Part shown: one piece after another, positions 48,193 to 57,902 of the stretch | How the letters are laid out: the number at the start of each line of letters is the position of its first letter | Numbering within the stretch: position 1 is the first letter of the stretch | From: Rhodobacter sp. | GTDB lineage: Bacteria; Pseudomonadota; Alphaproteobacteria; Rhodobacterales; Rhodobacteraceae | Assembly: GCA_020637595.1 (NCBI GenBank) | Contig: JACKKE010000006.1 | Location: forward strand, 167,720-231,719 | Reading direction: 5' to 3' | DNA: 64,000 nt | Position numbers and translations under genes: made by a program | The notes under the pieces: model-generated | Told to the model about the DNA's origin: nothing | Database searches by the model: none | Seen by the model: the letters and a program-made list of their open reading frames with translations, nothing else

Positions 48193-49425
48193 TCAGTCCT
48201 CGGCAGTTTCTGCGGCGGCGGTGGCACCACCGCGCTTGCCTTTGCCTTTCCCGGCGCCCTTGCCCTTGCCCTGACCTTTGCCAGCGGCTTTTCCGGCGGC
48301 GCGGCCCTGACCCGGGCCCTTGCCGGCGCCCTTTCCGGCACCCTTGGCGCGGCCCGCGCCGGCACCTTTCTTCTTGCCACCGCGCGCGGGGTTCTCGCCG
48401 CCCTCAGTCGTCATCGCACCCTGGGCGCCCTCGGCCGCCGCCTTGTTGCGCCGCCGCGCAGGTTTGCCGGGCAGGCTGTGCGCCTGCGGCACCACCGTGC
48501 GCAGCAGCGTCATCACCTCCTGCGAGGTCCAGACCGGGGTGTCGATCTCGGGATAGGCGGAATAGTCGTCCGAGAAACCGAACGGCTGCCCGTCATGGCT
48601 GAAGGTCTCGGCCAGCCGCGCGTTCGACTCGGCGAAATACTCGACAAAGCGGCGCGCCTCGTCCTGGGTCGGCAGGATCTTGCGGCTGTCGTCGGGAAAC
48701 CGCTCGGCGACGTTCTGCAGGATCGGGCGCACCGTGTCATGCGGCAGGCCGAGCGCATCGAAGGCCAGACCGGCGAGGAGTTCGGCCGCGCCCAAGGGGG
48801 CGTTGCGGTCTTTTTCCGGCTGGCCCAACGGCAGGTTCATGCGGGTGGCGAAGTCCTGCACCACATCCTGACCGATCAGCGACTCGCGCTCGTAGGGGAC
48901 AAGGGTGATCGCCTCGGTGCCAAAGGCACCGCCCCAGAGCTGGGTGATCTTGGCGTCGTAGTCGAGGAACAGCCGGTGAAACGGTTCGGGTTCGGGCAGC
49001 GTCAGGAAATCGCTGCCATAGAAATCGCGCGCCACGCGCCCCAGCACGATCTGCTTGCGATGCGACAGCACCAGAAGATCCTGGCGGCGCAGATAGGCAA
49101 AGATCTGCACCGTGTCGAAGCGGTCCGAGATCATCCGCGCCAGATGCGCGACCTCGGCCGGGTCGTGCAGCCAGAACAACATTTCGTTCGAACAGACCAC
49201 CGTTTCCGCGTCCGGCCGCAACAGCTGTTCGGCAACCTGCGGGCGCAGCGTGGCCTGAAAGGCCGCCTGCCGGCCGGTGGTGTTGACCAGCCCCTGATTG
49301 TCGACATGGCGGTCGGCCACCTTGATGCCGTGCGCGGCCAGCGACTTGCTGCTCTTGCGCAGGGCGGTTTGCAGCGAGGTTGTGCCGGTCTTGTGGGAAC
49401 CGATATGCAGGATAAGATGCGCCAA
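48193..49425 (-). CDS. Sulfotransferase-like P-loop protein with Gly/Lys-rich C-terminal tail
   Basis: LILHIGSHKTGTTSLQ, SNEML, YLRRQD. TTG start chosen so that the gene does not overlap the tRNA. Confidence 0.78.
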   Translation of the reverse strand: MAHLILHIGSHKTGTTSLQTALRKSSKSLAAHGIKVADRHVDNQGLVNTTGRQAAFQATLRPQVAEQLLRPDAETVVCSNEMLFWLHDPAEVAHLARMISDRFDTVQIFAYLRRQDLLVLSHRKQIVLGRVARDFYGSDFLTLPEPEPFHRLFLDYDAKITQLWGGAFGTEAITLVPYERESLIGQDVVQDFATRMNLPLGQPEKDRNAPLGAAELLAGLAFDALGLPHDTVRPILQNVAERFPDDSRKILPTQDEARRFVEYFAESNARLAETFSHDGQPFGFSDDYSAYPEIDTPVWTSQEVMTLLRTVVPQAHSLPGKPARRRNKAAAEGAQGAMTTEGGENPARGGKKKGAGAGRAKGAGKGAGKGPGQGRAAGKAAGKGQGKGKGAGKGKGKRGGATAAAETAED

Positions 49426-49481
49426 GGTCTGACCCTCTAAGGCTGGGAGCGGGCCGGCAAAGCAGGACGCCCGCAGGACAA

Positions 49482-49557
49482 TGGTGCCGGTGGAGGGACT
49501 CGAACCCCCGACCTTCGCTTTACAAGAGCGTTGCTCTACCAACTGAGCTACACCGGC
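49482..49557 (-). tRNA. tRNA-Thr(UGU)
   Basis: GCCGGTG/CACCGGC acceptor stem, D-arm GCTC/GAGC, anticodon loop CTTGTAA, TTCGAGT T-loop, encoded CCA, 76 nt. Confidence 0.96.
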
Positions 49558-49666
49558 GCCCGGTCCTGATAGCCGAGGAACCGGCGGTGCTCAAGCGTCA
49601 AGCCGTGACAGCCCGACCGCCGAGCGGGGCTTGTCGCGCGATGAGTCGCAAGCTAAGCCGTGGGTT

Positions 49667-50542
49667 ATGGAAATTGCATTTCATCTGGGCGTTCACCTGA
49701 CCGATCAGGACCAGCTGATCCGCTGCCTGATGCGAAACCGCGCGGTGCTGGGGCAGCAGGGAATCGCGGTGCCCGGCGCCAGCAGCTATCGCGCGCAGCT
49801 GCGCCAGCTGGGCCAGGAGATGGAGGGCCGCCCCACCGATGCGACCACCCAGGAGGCGCTGCTCGACGGGCTGATCGAGGCCGACGACGTGCAGCGGGTG
49901 GTGTTTTCCTCCGAAGGGCTGCTGGCGCAGCACCGCTGGGCGATCAACAACAACCGCTTCTATCCGCGGGCCGCCGACCGGGTGCGACAGCTGGCGCATC
50001 TCTTTCCGGCGGCCGATGTTCGGGTCTATCTGGCGATCCGCGATCCGGCCAGTTTCTTGCCGGCCCTGGTTGCCGACAAACGGTCGGGCGGGCTGGACCA
50101 GGCGTTGAAGGGCAGCGATCCGATGGGGCTGCGCTGGTCCGAGATGATCGCCCGGATCCGGGCCGAGGCGCCGCATGTGCCGCTGACGATCTGGCGAGAC
50201 GAGGACACGGCGCTTTTGTGGCCCGAGATCCTGCGCACGGTGTCGGGCCATTCCCCGGACATCGAACTGACCGGCTGGTTCGCCTGGTATTGGGATCTGA
50301 TGTCGCCGCAATCGCACGAGGCGCTGCGGCGCTGGTTCCAGACCAATCCGTCGCCTGACGACCTGCACCGGCGCAAGGTGCTCAGCGCGATGCTGGACAA
50401 GTTCGCGCTGCCGGAAAAGATCGACACCGACGCCGCGCTGCCGGGCTGGGACGAGGCCTATACCGACGTCCTGAGCGAACTCTACGATCAGGACGTCGAT
50501 CTGATCGCCGCGATGGAGGGCGTGACCCTGCTGGAGCCCTGA
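49667..50542 (+). CDS. Conserved hypothetical protein, degenerate sulfotransferase-like fold
   Basis: FHLGVHLTD, FSSEGLL, FYPRA, LAIRDPASF, RWSE, YDQD. Confidence 0.78.
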   Translation: MEIAFHLGVHLTDQDQLIRCLMRNRAVLGQQGIAVPGASSYRAQLRQLGQEMEGRPTDATTQEALLDGLIEADDVQRVVFSSEGLLAQHRWAINNNRFYPRAADRVRQLAHLFPAADVRVYLAIRDPASFLPALVADKRSGGLDQALKGSDPMGLRWSEMIARIRAEAPHVPLTIWRDEDTALLWPEILRTVSGHSPDIELTGWFAWYWDLMSPQSHEALRRWFQTNPSPDDLHRRKVLSAMLDKFALPEKIDTDAALPGWDEAYTDVLSELYDQDVDLIAAMEGVTLLEP

Positions 50543-50557
50543 AGGGGGCTCCGGGTG

Positions 50558-50809
50558 TCACTCCATGCCAAGCGCGGCCTTGTAAAGGTCCAGAATCGCC
50601 TCTTCTTCGGCGATGTCGTCGGGCTTGCGCTTGCGCAGGGCGATGATCTTGCGCAGCACCTTGACGTCATAGCCACGCCCCTTGGCCTCGGCCATCACTT
50701 CCTTCTGCTGGTCGGTGATGTCTTTCTTTTCCGCCTCGAGATGCTCGTAGCGTTCAACGAACTGGCGCAGTTCATCGGCGGTGACGTCATAGCTGGAGTC
50801 GGTGCTCAT
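50558..50809 (-). CDS. gapR: GapR/DUF2312 nucleoid-associated protein
   Basis: ELRQFVERYEHLE.EKK, EAKGRGYDVKVLRKII, LDLYKAALGM. Confidence 0.92.
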   Translation of the reverse strand: MSTDSSYDVTADELRQFVERYEHLEAEKKDITDQQKEVMAEAKGRGYDVKVLRKIIALRKRKPDDIAEEEAILDLYKAALGME

Positions 50810-50955
50810 CGGGGCCTCTTGTTAATGGTTTGCCTGTTCTGTATGCGACCGGACCGGCCGCCTGCGCGATACCTAGCCGTGGCGCGGCATCGGCGCAAGC
50901 CGGGGCCCCGATCGGGGGGCGGACTTGTTTGATCGGCGTGGTTGCGTTAAATTTG

Positions 50956-50971
50956 TTAACACAAGAATAAC
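50956..50971. promoter_or_regulatory. Candidate CtrA box between gapR and the small membrane gene
   Basis: TTAA-CACAAGA-ATAAC, plus an extra TTAA at 50947. Confidence 0.5.
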
Positions 50972-50985
50972 GACATGAGGCGCGG

Positions 50986-51210
50986 ATGACGGGTTTCGAA
51001 TTGCTGGTTTGGGTCGGCGCCTTTGTCACGCTGACGGGAGTGGCCGGGCTTGTGGTCACGGGGTTTTATGCGTGGAAGCTGCGGCAGACCGAAATGGACG
51101 ATGCGACGATGCGGCAAGCGTTGCAGCGGGGGGTTGCGCGCAACACGGCGTCGCTGTTCGTGTCGGTCCTCGGGTTGATGCTGGTGATCATGGGGCTGGC
51201 CCTGCGCTGA
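50986..51210 (+). CDS. Small 2-TM hypothetical protein
   Basis: Two hydrophobic helices. GAGG RBS. Confidence 0.75.
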   Translation: MTGFELLVWVGAFVTLTGVAGLVVTGFYAWKLRQTEMDDATMRQALQRGVARNTASLFVSVLGLMLVIMGLALR

Positions 51211-51291
51211 GCGCGCCGGACCGGATGCGGGATGCGAAACAGGGGGCCGATGGCCCCCTGTATGCATTCGCGCGATGACTATGCGGCGGTG

Positions 51292-52350
51292 TCAGCCCCA
51301 AGTCGCGTGATCGCCGTGTTTCATCAGATGCCGCGCATGGCCGACGATCAGCGGGTCGGGCTCGCCCACCACCTCGGGATCCTTGCCGGGATAATCGAGC
51401 GAGGCGAGGAAGAACCGCATCGCGTTGAGGCGCGCGCGCTTTTTGTCCTTCGACTTGACGATGGTCCAGGGGGCGTCGGCGGTGTCGGTATAGAAGAACA
51501 TCGCTTCCTTGGCAGCGGTGTATTCGTCCCACAGGCCGAGACTCGCCTTGTCGATCGGCGACAACTTCCACCGCTTGAGCGGATCGGTCTCGCGCGCGGC
51601 GAAGCGGCGGCGCTGTTCATCCGGGGTCACCGAGAACCAGAACTTGTAGAGGTGAATCCCCGAGCGCACCAGCATTTGCTCGAAATCCGGTGCCTGACGC
51701 ATGAACTCCAGATACTCCTCGGGGCTGCAGAACCCCATCACGCGCTCGACCCCGGCGCGGTTATACCAGCTGCGATCATAGAAGACCATTTCGCCCGACG
51801 TCGGCAGGTGTTGGATGTATCGCTGGAAATACCACTCGCCGCGTTCCTTCTCTGATGGCTTGTTCAGGGCGACAACGCGGGCATAGCGCGGGTTCAGGTG
51901 TTCCATGAACCGCTTGATCGTGCCGCCCTTGCCGGCGGCGTCGCGGCCTTCGAACAGCATGACGAATTTCTGCCCGGTCTCGATCGCCCACAGCTGAACC
52001 TTGAGCAACTCGGCCTGCAGACGCGCCTTTTCCTGCTCATAGACCTTGCGGGCGAGCGGGTGGGCATAGGGGTAGTGGTCACTCTCGAAGGCCTGTTGCT
52101 TCTGGTCTGTGGTCATCACGACAGAGGCAGGTTCGGTCACGGGTTCGGTCAGGGGTTCGGTGGGTGTCTTGATGGGATTCTTGCTGCGCGAGCGCGGCGC
52201 CTTGGCCTTGGCGGAGGCTTTGGCCACAGCCTTGGCCGGCTTTTCAGCGATCTCGGTCGGAGCAGATTCAACGGTCCCCGCCGCCTCACTCGCAGCGGGC
52301 GTCGGGGTTGCGGCGGTCGCGGCTTCGAGGGCGGCAGTCTGGTCTTCCAT
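51292..52350 (-). CDS. ppk2: Polyphosphate kinase 2 with low-complexity N-terminal extension
   Basis: FEGRDAAGKGG (Walker A), DRSWYNRAG (Walker B), KRWKLS. Confidence 0.95.
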   Translation of the reverse strand: MEDQTAALEAATAATPTPAASEAAGTVESAPTEIAEKPAKAVAKASAKAKAPRSRSKNPIKTPTEPLTEPVTEPASVVMTTDQKQQAFESDHYPYAHPLARKVYEQEKARLQAELLKVQLWAIETGQKFVMLFEGRDAAGKGGTIKRFMEHLNPRYARVVALNKPSEKERGEWYFQRYIQHLPTSGEMVFYDRSWYNRAGVERVMGFCSPEEYLEFMRQAPDFEQMLVRSGIHLYKFWFSVTPDEQRRRFAARETDPLKRWKLSPIDKASLGLWDEYTAAKEAMFFYTDTADAPWTIVKSKDKKRARLNAMRFFLASLDYPGKDPEVVGEPDPLIVGHARHLMKHGDHATWG

Positions 52351-52411
52351 GCGGGGTCACTCCGTTACAAAAATCTCGCACATCATTTACAGGAATTGTC
52401 TTTCGGACGCC

Positions 52412-52425
52412 TTGATCTGCCTCAA
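52412..52425. promoter_or_regulatory. Candidate FNR/FnrL box in the ppk2-pntA divergent region
   Basis: TTGAT-CTGC-CTCAA. Confidence 0.55.
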
Positions 52426-52610
52426 CCGAGGCCTGAAACGGGTTCTAATTCCCGGCAAAGACGCGCAAATCCGCGAGGCTGTCGTGTGACCATCCGCCTC
52501 ATCGTCAGCGTCTACACCTTCTTGTGAAATATTCTTGCGCACTGTATTGAGCCTTTTGCACGAAAACATCGGGCGGCGCCTCGCCCGGCCCTTGCAACGG
52601 AGGACCAAGC

Positions 52611-54182
52611 GTGAAGATCGGGGCACCGAGAGAAATATTTCCCGGCGAAAACCGGGTTGCAATGACGCCGGATTCGGCGCTTCAGCTGCAGAAACTGGGT
52701 CATAGCTGCGTCATCGAAACCGGCGCCGGTGCGGCCGCGGGTTTCCAGGACGAGGCCTATGCGGTTGCCGGCGTCGAAGTCGTCGCCAGCGCCGAGGCGC
52801 TCTTTGAAGCGGCCGATGTCGTCGTCAAGGTGCGCGAGCCCGCCAAGGCCGAGATCGAACGCCTGCGCCGGGGACAGACGCTGATCTCGTTCTTCTGGCC
52901 CGCCCAGAACGCCGAGATGCTGGACCTGGCCAAGGACCGCGGCGCGACCGTCGTGGCGATGGACATGGTGCCGCGCATCAGCCGCGCGCAGAAGATGGAC
53001 GCGCTGTCGTCGATGGCCAACATCGCCGGCTATCGCGCGGTGATCGAGGCCGGCAACAACTTTGGCCGCTTCTTCACCGGCCAGGTGACCGCCGCGGGCA
53101 AGGTTCCGCCGGCCAAGGTGCTGGTGGTGGGCGCCGGTGTGGCCGGGCTTGCCGCGATCGGCACCTCGACCTCGCTGGGCGCGATCACGCTCGCGTTCGA
53201 CGTGCGCCCGGAAGTGGCCGAGCAGATCGAATCGATGGGCGCCGAGTTCGTCTATCTCGACTTCGAGGAAGCCCAGCAGGACGGCGCTGCCACCGGCGGC
53301 TACGCCGCGCCCTCGTCGCCCGAATTCCGGGAGGCCCAGCTCAAGAAATTCCGCGAACTGGCGCCGGATATCGACATCGTCATCACCACCGCCCTGATCC
53401 CCGGCCGCCCGGCACCCAAGCTGTGGACCGAGGACATGGTCGCGCTGATGAAGCGCGGCTCGGTCATCATCGACCTCGCGGCGGAACGCGGCGGCAACTG
53501 CGACCTGACCAAGGCCGACGAGCGCGTCGTCTCGGACAACGGCGTCGTCATCATCGGCTATACCGACTTCCCCAGCCGGATGGGCACCCAGGCCTCGACG
53601 CTGTATTCCAACAACATCCGTCACATGCTGACCGACCTGACGCCCGGCAAGGACGGCGTCATCGTCCACAACATGGAAGACGATGTGATCCGTGGCGCGA
53701 CCGTGACCCATGACGGCGCGATCACCTTCCCGCCGCCGCCGCCGAAAGTGCAGGCGATCGCCGCGCAGAAGAAGGAAAAGCCGAAGGAGCTGACGCCTGA
53801 GGAAAAACGCGCCCAGGAAGTGGCGGCGTTCAAGGCGCAGACCCGTCAGCAGGTCACCCTGCTGGGTGTCGGTGCGGTGCTGCTGTTGCTTGCGGGCGTG
53901 TTCGCGCCGGCCAGCTTCATGGCGCATTTCATCGTCTTCGTGCTGGCCTGCTATGTCGGCTTCCAGGTGATCTGGAACGTCTCGCACTCGCTGCACACGC
54001 CGCTGATGGCGGTGACCAACGCGATCTCTTCGATCATCATCCTGGGCGCGCTGATGCAGATCGGGTCCGGCAGCTGGCTGGTTGTCGTCCTTGCCGCGCT
54101 GTCGGTGTTCATGGCCGGGATCAACATCTTCGGTGGCTTCATGGTCACCCGGCGCATGCTCGCCATGTTCCAGAAGTCGTAA
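52611..54182 (+). CDS. pntA: NAD(P) transhydrogenase subunit alpha
   Basis: [44 protein letters not shown]. Confidence 0.97.
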   Translation: MKIGAPREIFPGENRVAMTPDSALQLQKLGHSCVIETGAGAAAGFQDEAYAVAGVEVVASAEALFEAADVVVKVREPAKAEIERLRRGQTLISFFWPAQNAEMLDLAKDRGATVVAMDMVPRISRAQKMDALSSMANIAGYRAVIEAGNNFGRFFTGQVTAAGKVPPAKVLVVGAGVAGLAAIGTSTSLGAITLAFDVRPEVAEQIESMGAEFVYLDFEEAQQDGAATGGYAAPSSPEFREAQLKKFRELAPDIDIVITTALIPGRPAPKLWTEDMVALMKRGSVIIDLAAERGGNCDLTKADERVVSDNGVVIIGYTDFPSRMGTQASTLYSNNIRHMLTDLTPGKDGVIVHNMEDDVIRGATVTHDGAITFPPPPPKVQAIAAQKKEKPKELTPEEKRAQEVAAFKAQTRQQVTLLGVGAVLLLLAGVFAPASFMAHFIVFVLACYVGFQVIWNVSHSLHTPLMAVTNAISSIIILGALMQIGSGSWLVVVLAALSVFMAGINIFGGFMVTRRMLAMFQKS

Positions 54183-54195
54183 GGAGCGGGAAACA

Positions 54196-55671
54196 ATGGA
54201 ATACGGTTTCACGACCGCCGCTTACGTCGTCGCGGCAGTTCTCTTCATCCAGTCGCTCGGCGGGCTTTCGGGCCAGGAGAGCGCCAAGCGCGCCGTCTGG
54301 TATGGCATCGTCGGCATGGCGCTGGCGGTGATCGCCACGGTGGCCGGGCCCGGCGCGGGTAACTGGGTCGTCTCGCTGGCGATGATCGTCGTCGGCGGCG
54401 GCATCGGCTGGGTCGTCGCGCAGCGCGTGCAGATGACCGAGATGCCGCAGCTGGTGGCGGCGATGCACTCGCTGGTCGGTCTGGCCGCGGTGTTCATCGG
54501 CTATAACGCGCATATCGAGATGGTCCGCGTCGCCGCGCTGATGGCCGACGCCCCGACCACGCTCAGCGCCGCCGGGGTTGCCTCGTGGCTCGACGAGCAG
54601 GGGCTGGGCGGGTTCGCGCTGAAGATCGCGCACAAGACCGCGGCCGAGATCGCCGTGCTGAAGATCGAGGTGTTCCTCGGCGTGTTCATCGGTGCGGTGA
54701 CCTTCACCGGGTCGGTCATCGCCTATGGCAAGCTGGCCGGCAAGGTCGACGGCAAGGCCAAGAAACTGCCGGGCGGGCACATGCTGAACGCCGGTGCGGC
54801 GCTGATCTCGGTGATTCTGCTGGTCCTCTACTTCCAGGGCGCGGGCACCTGGACGCTGCTGCTGATGACGCTGATGGCGTTCTTCATCGGCTATCACCTG
54901 ATCATGGGCATCGGCGGCGCCGACATGCCGGTCGTGGTGTCGATGCTGAACAGCTATTCAGGCTGGGCGGCGGCGGCGATCGGCTTCTCGCTGTCGAACG
55001 ATCTGCTGATCGTCGTCGGTGCGCTGGTCGGCTCGTCGGGGGCGATCCTGTCCTATATCATGTGCAAGGCGATGAACCGGTCGTTCATCTCGGTGATCCT
55101 GGGCGGCTTTGGCGGCACCACCGGCCCGGCGATGGAGATCGAGGGCGAACAGATCGCCATCGATTCGGACGGCGTGGCTGCGGCGCTGAACGACGCTGAC
55201 AGCGTGATCATCGTCCCGGGCTACGGTATGGCGGTGGCGCAGGCCCAGCAGTCGGTCAGCGAGCTGACCCGCAAGCTGCGCGCCAAGGGCAAGAGTGTCC
55301 GCTTTGCGATCCATCCGGTCGCCGGTCGTCTGCCGGGGCACATGAACGTGCTCTTGGCCGAAGCCAAGGTGCCCTATGACATCGTTCTGGAAATGGACGA
55401 GATCAACGAGGACTTCCCGGATACCGACGTGGTGATCGTCATCGGCTCGAACGACATCGTGAACCCGGCGGCGCAGGAAGATCCGAATTCGCCGATCGCC
55501 GGGATGCCGGTTCTGGAAGTGTGGAAGGCGAAACAGGTGTTCGTCTCCAAGCGCGGCCAGGGCACCGGCTATTCGGGCATCGAGAACCCGCTGTTCTACA
55601 AGGAGAACACGCGAATGTTCTATGGCGACGCCAAGAAATCCATCGACACATTGCTGCCGATGGTCGAATGA
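54196..55671 (+). CDS. pntB: NAD(P) transhydrogenase subunit beta
   Basis: [54 protein letters not shown]. Confidence 0.97.
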   Translation: MEYGFTTAAYVVAAVLFIQSLGGLSGQESAKRAVWYGIVGMALAVIATVAGPGAGNWVVSLAMIVVGGGIGWVVAQRVQMTEMPQLVAAMHSLVGLAAVFIGYNAHIEMVRVAALMADAPTTLSAAGVASWLDEQGLGGFALKIAHKTAAEIAVLKIEVFLGVFIGAVTFTGSVIAYGKLAGKVDGKAKKLPGGHMLNAGAALISVILLVLYFQGAGTWTLLLMTLMAFFIGYHLIMGIGGADMPVVVSMLNSYSGWAAAAIGFSLSNDLLIVVGALVGSSGAILSYIMCKAMNRSFISVILGGFGGTTGPAMEIEGEQIAIDSDGVAAALNDADSVIIVPGYGMAVAQAQQSVSELTRKLRAKGKSVRFAIHPVAGRLPGHMNVLLAEAKVPYDIVLEMDEINEDFPDTDVVIVIGSNDIVNPAAQEDPNSPIAGMPVLEVWKAKQVFVSKRGQGTGYSGIENPLFYKENTRMFYGDAKKSIDTLLPMVE

Positions 55672-55673
55672 TC

Positions 55674-55707
55674 CGGACGGGGGGCCTCAGGGCCCCCCGA
55701 TCCGTTT
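55674..55707 (+). terminator. Terminator-like G6/C6 hairpin after pntB
   Basis: CGGA-CGGGGGGCC-TCAG-GGCCCCCCG-A-TCCG followed by TTT. Confidence 0.6.
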
Positions 55708-55719
55708 CAGGGGGTGCAT

Positions 55720-56880
55720 ATGACACGACTACCTGCCGGGATCTGGGCACTGGGGTTTGTCAGCTTGCTGATGGATGTCTCGTCCGAGATGGTCCACGGG
55801 CTGTTGCCGGTGTTCCTGACGGTAAGCCTGGGGGCAGGGCCGGCGCTGGTCGGTCTGGTCGAGGGGCTGGGCGAGGCGGTCGCGGCGACGATGAAGCTGG
55901 TCTCGGGGCGGATCAGCGACCGGATGCGGCGGCGCAAGCCGCTGGCGCTGGCCGGCTATGCGCTGGGGGCGCTGTCGAAGCCCGTCTTTGCGCTGGCCGG
56001 GTCGCCGGCGGTGGTGCTGGGGGCGCGGGTGGCCGACCGGATCGGCAAGGGCCTGCGCGGCAGCCCGCGCGATGCGCTGATTGCCGATCTGACACCGCCC
56101 GAGCGCACGGGTGCGGCCTATGGCCTGCGTCAGGCGCTGGACAATGTGGGCGCCTTTGTCGGCCCGGGGCTGGCGGCGCTGTTGATGGTGGCTTTTGCCG
56201 GCGACATGCGGCGGGTCTTTGCCGTGGCGGCGATCCCCGGGCTGGCGGCGGTCGCACTGCTGGCGCTGGCGGTGCGCGAACCCGAGCGTCCGTCCCGGGC
56301 CGCGGCCACCATCCGGCCCGGCTGGGGGGCCTTGCCGGGCCCGGTCTGGCGGGTGATCGCGCTGGCCGCGTTCCTGACGCTGGCGCGGATGTCCGAGGCC
56401 TTCGCGATCCTGCGCGCCACCGGCCTCGGCCTGCCGCTGGCGCTGGCGCCGCTGGTGTTGGTGGTGATCTATGCCGCAGCGGCCGTGGCCAGCTATCCGG
56501 CCGGGGCGCTGTCGGACCGGATCGGGCCACGGCACCTGCTGCTGAGCGGGCTGGCGGTGCTGGCTGCCGCCGACACGGTGCTGGCCGTCGCGCCTACGGC
56601 TGTCGTCGCGCTGGCGGGCGCGGCGCTCTGGGGGGTGCATCTGGGGCTGACGCAGGGCCTGTTGTCGGCGATGGTCGCCCGCGCGACCCCGGCCGATTTG
56701 CGCGGAACCGCCTTTGGTGCGTTTCACTTTGCCAGCGGTGTCGCGCTGCTGGCCGCCAGTGGCGGGGCAGGGCTGATCTGGCAGGGCTGGGGGGCGCCTG
56801 CGGCCTTTGCCGCCAGCGGTGTCCTTGCGCTGGCCGGGTTCGCCCTGCTGGCCCGGCACCGCTCAGATTCTCGTGACTAG
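55720..56880 (+). CDS. MFS transporter
   Basis: About 12 [14 protein letters not shown] and [10 protein letters not shown] motif A copies. Confidence 0.9.
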   Translation: MTRLPAGIWALGFVSLLMDVSSEMVHGLLPVFLTVSLGAGPALVGLVEGLGEAVAATMKLVSGRISDRMRRRKPLALAGYALGALSKPVFALAGSPAVVLGARVADRIGKGLRGSPRDALIADLTPPERTGAAYGLRQALDNVGAFVGPGLAALLMVAFAGDMRRVFAVAAIPGLAAVALLALAVREPERPSRAAATIRPGWGALPGPVWRVIALAAFLTLARMSEAFAILRATGLGLPLALAPLVLVVIYAAAAVASYPAGALSDRIGPRHLLLSGLAVLAAADTVLAVAPTAVVALAGAALWGVHLGLTQGLLSAMVARATPADLRGTAFGAFHFASGVALLAASGGAGLIWQGWGAPAAFAASGVLALAGFALLARHRSDSRD

Positions 56881-56946
56881 TCCAAAGGTGGCATATCGCC
56901 GCGTGCGATCCCGTGCTTAACTTCGCCCAAGAAGAGGGAGGACTTC

Positions 56947-57432
56947 ATGACCAAGGTGACCATGACGGTGAACGGCCGTTCCGTCTCGGGTGAGGCCGAG
57001 GGGCGGACGCTGCTCTCGGCATTCCTGCGCGAGACGCTGGGGCTGACCGGAACCCATGTCGGATGCGACACCAGCCAGTGCGGGGCCTGCGTGGTGCATG
57101 TCGACGGCAAATCGGTGAAAAGCTGCACCATGCTGGCGATGGACGCCGAGGGCGCCAGCGTCACCACGATCGAGGGGATGGCCAATCCCGATGGCAGCCT
57201 GGGCACGCTGCAGCAGGCGTTCCAGGACCACCACGGGCTGCAGTGCGGCTTTTGCACGCCGGGGATGGTGATGTCGGCGGCGGCACTGCTGGCGGTCAAC
57301 CCCAAGCCCACCGAGGCAGAAATCCGGCACCATCTGGAAGGTAACATTTGCCGTTGCACGGGTTACCACAATATCGTCAGGGCAGTCCTGGCTGCATCGG
57401 GTCAGGACGTATCTGCCCTTGCAGCGGAGTAA
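56947..57432 (+). CDS. coxS: Molybdenum hydroxylase small (2x 2Fe-2S) subunit, CoxS-like
   Basis: [27 protein letters not shown]. Confidence 0.93.
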   Translation: MTKVTMTVNGRSVSGEAEGRTLLSAFLRETLGLTGTHVGCDTSQCGACVVHVDGKSVKSCTMLAMDAEGASVTTIEGMANPDGSLGTLQQAFQDHHGLQCGFCTPGMVMSAAALLAVNPKPTEAEIRHHLEGNICRCTGYHNIVRAVLAASGQDVSALAAE

Positions 57433-57436
57433 CCCT

Positions 57437-57823
57437 ATGCGAAATCTCGTCTTTTCCCTCCCTCTTGTGCTGATTCCAGCGATGGCACTGGCGGACGGGT
57501 TCCACACGCGCGACCTCGGGTCCGGCGGTTCGCCGCAGGAGTGCATGGACCGGGCGCGTCAGGCGATCCAGACCTATGCCCAACAAAACGGCACGCCGAA
57601 CGCGACCGTCAACGAGGGTTCGTGGTCGGTGCACGGTTTCGATTTCCTGCCCGGCAACGTGGATGTGCAGATCGCCTGCCCGTATCGCGACAACTTCACG
57701 TCGATCGTGCTGCTGACGGCGCACAGTTCGGGTGAGCGCGACGACCGGGTGGCCGTGGTCGACGGGATCGCGGCGTTGTGGGACTCGATCGGCCAAGGCG
57801 GCTTCGTGCCCGGCGGCAAGTAA
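57437..57823 (+). CDS. Small secreted hypothetical protein inserted between coxS and coxL
   Basis: Signal peptide ending AMALA-D, two Cys. Starts 4 nt after the coxS stop. Confidence 0.75.
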   Translation: MRNLVFSLPLVLIPAMALADGFHTRDLGSGGSPQECMDRARQAIQTYAQQNGTPNATVNEGSWSVHGFDFLPGNVDVQIACPYRDNFTSIVLLTAHSSGERDDRVAVVDGIAALWDSIGQGGFVPGGK

Positions 57824-57902
57824 CCCGGCGCACAGGGGAGAGACCAAGACCGGTGGCGCGGAGGCGCGGCACCGGACAGGGATAGATTTGAGGGAGGAAA
57901 TC

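Noticed and set aside
49426-49542. ORF-track extension of the sulfotransferase-like gene through the tRNA
   Set aside because: Chance open frame across tRNA-Thr. The domain begins at LAHLILHIG.
49482-49557. Prophage or integrative element at tRNA-Thr
   Set aside because: No integrase and no direct repeat of the tRNA end seen in the window.
52522-52539. TTGTGAA Rex-like operator upstream of pntA
   Set aside because: Only one half-site. The palindromic TTCACAA half is missing.
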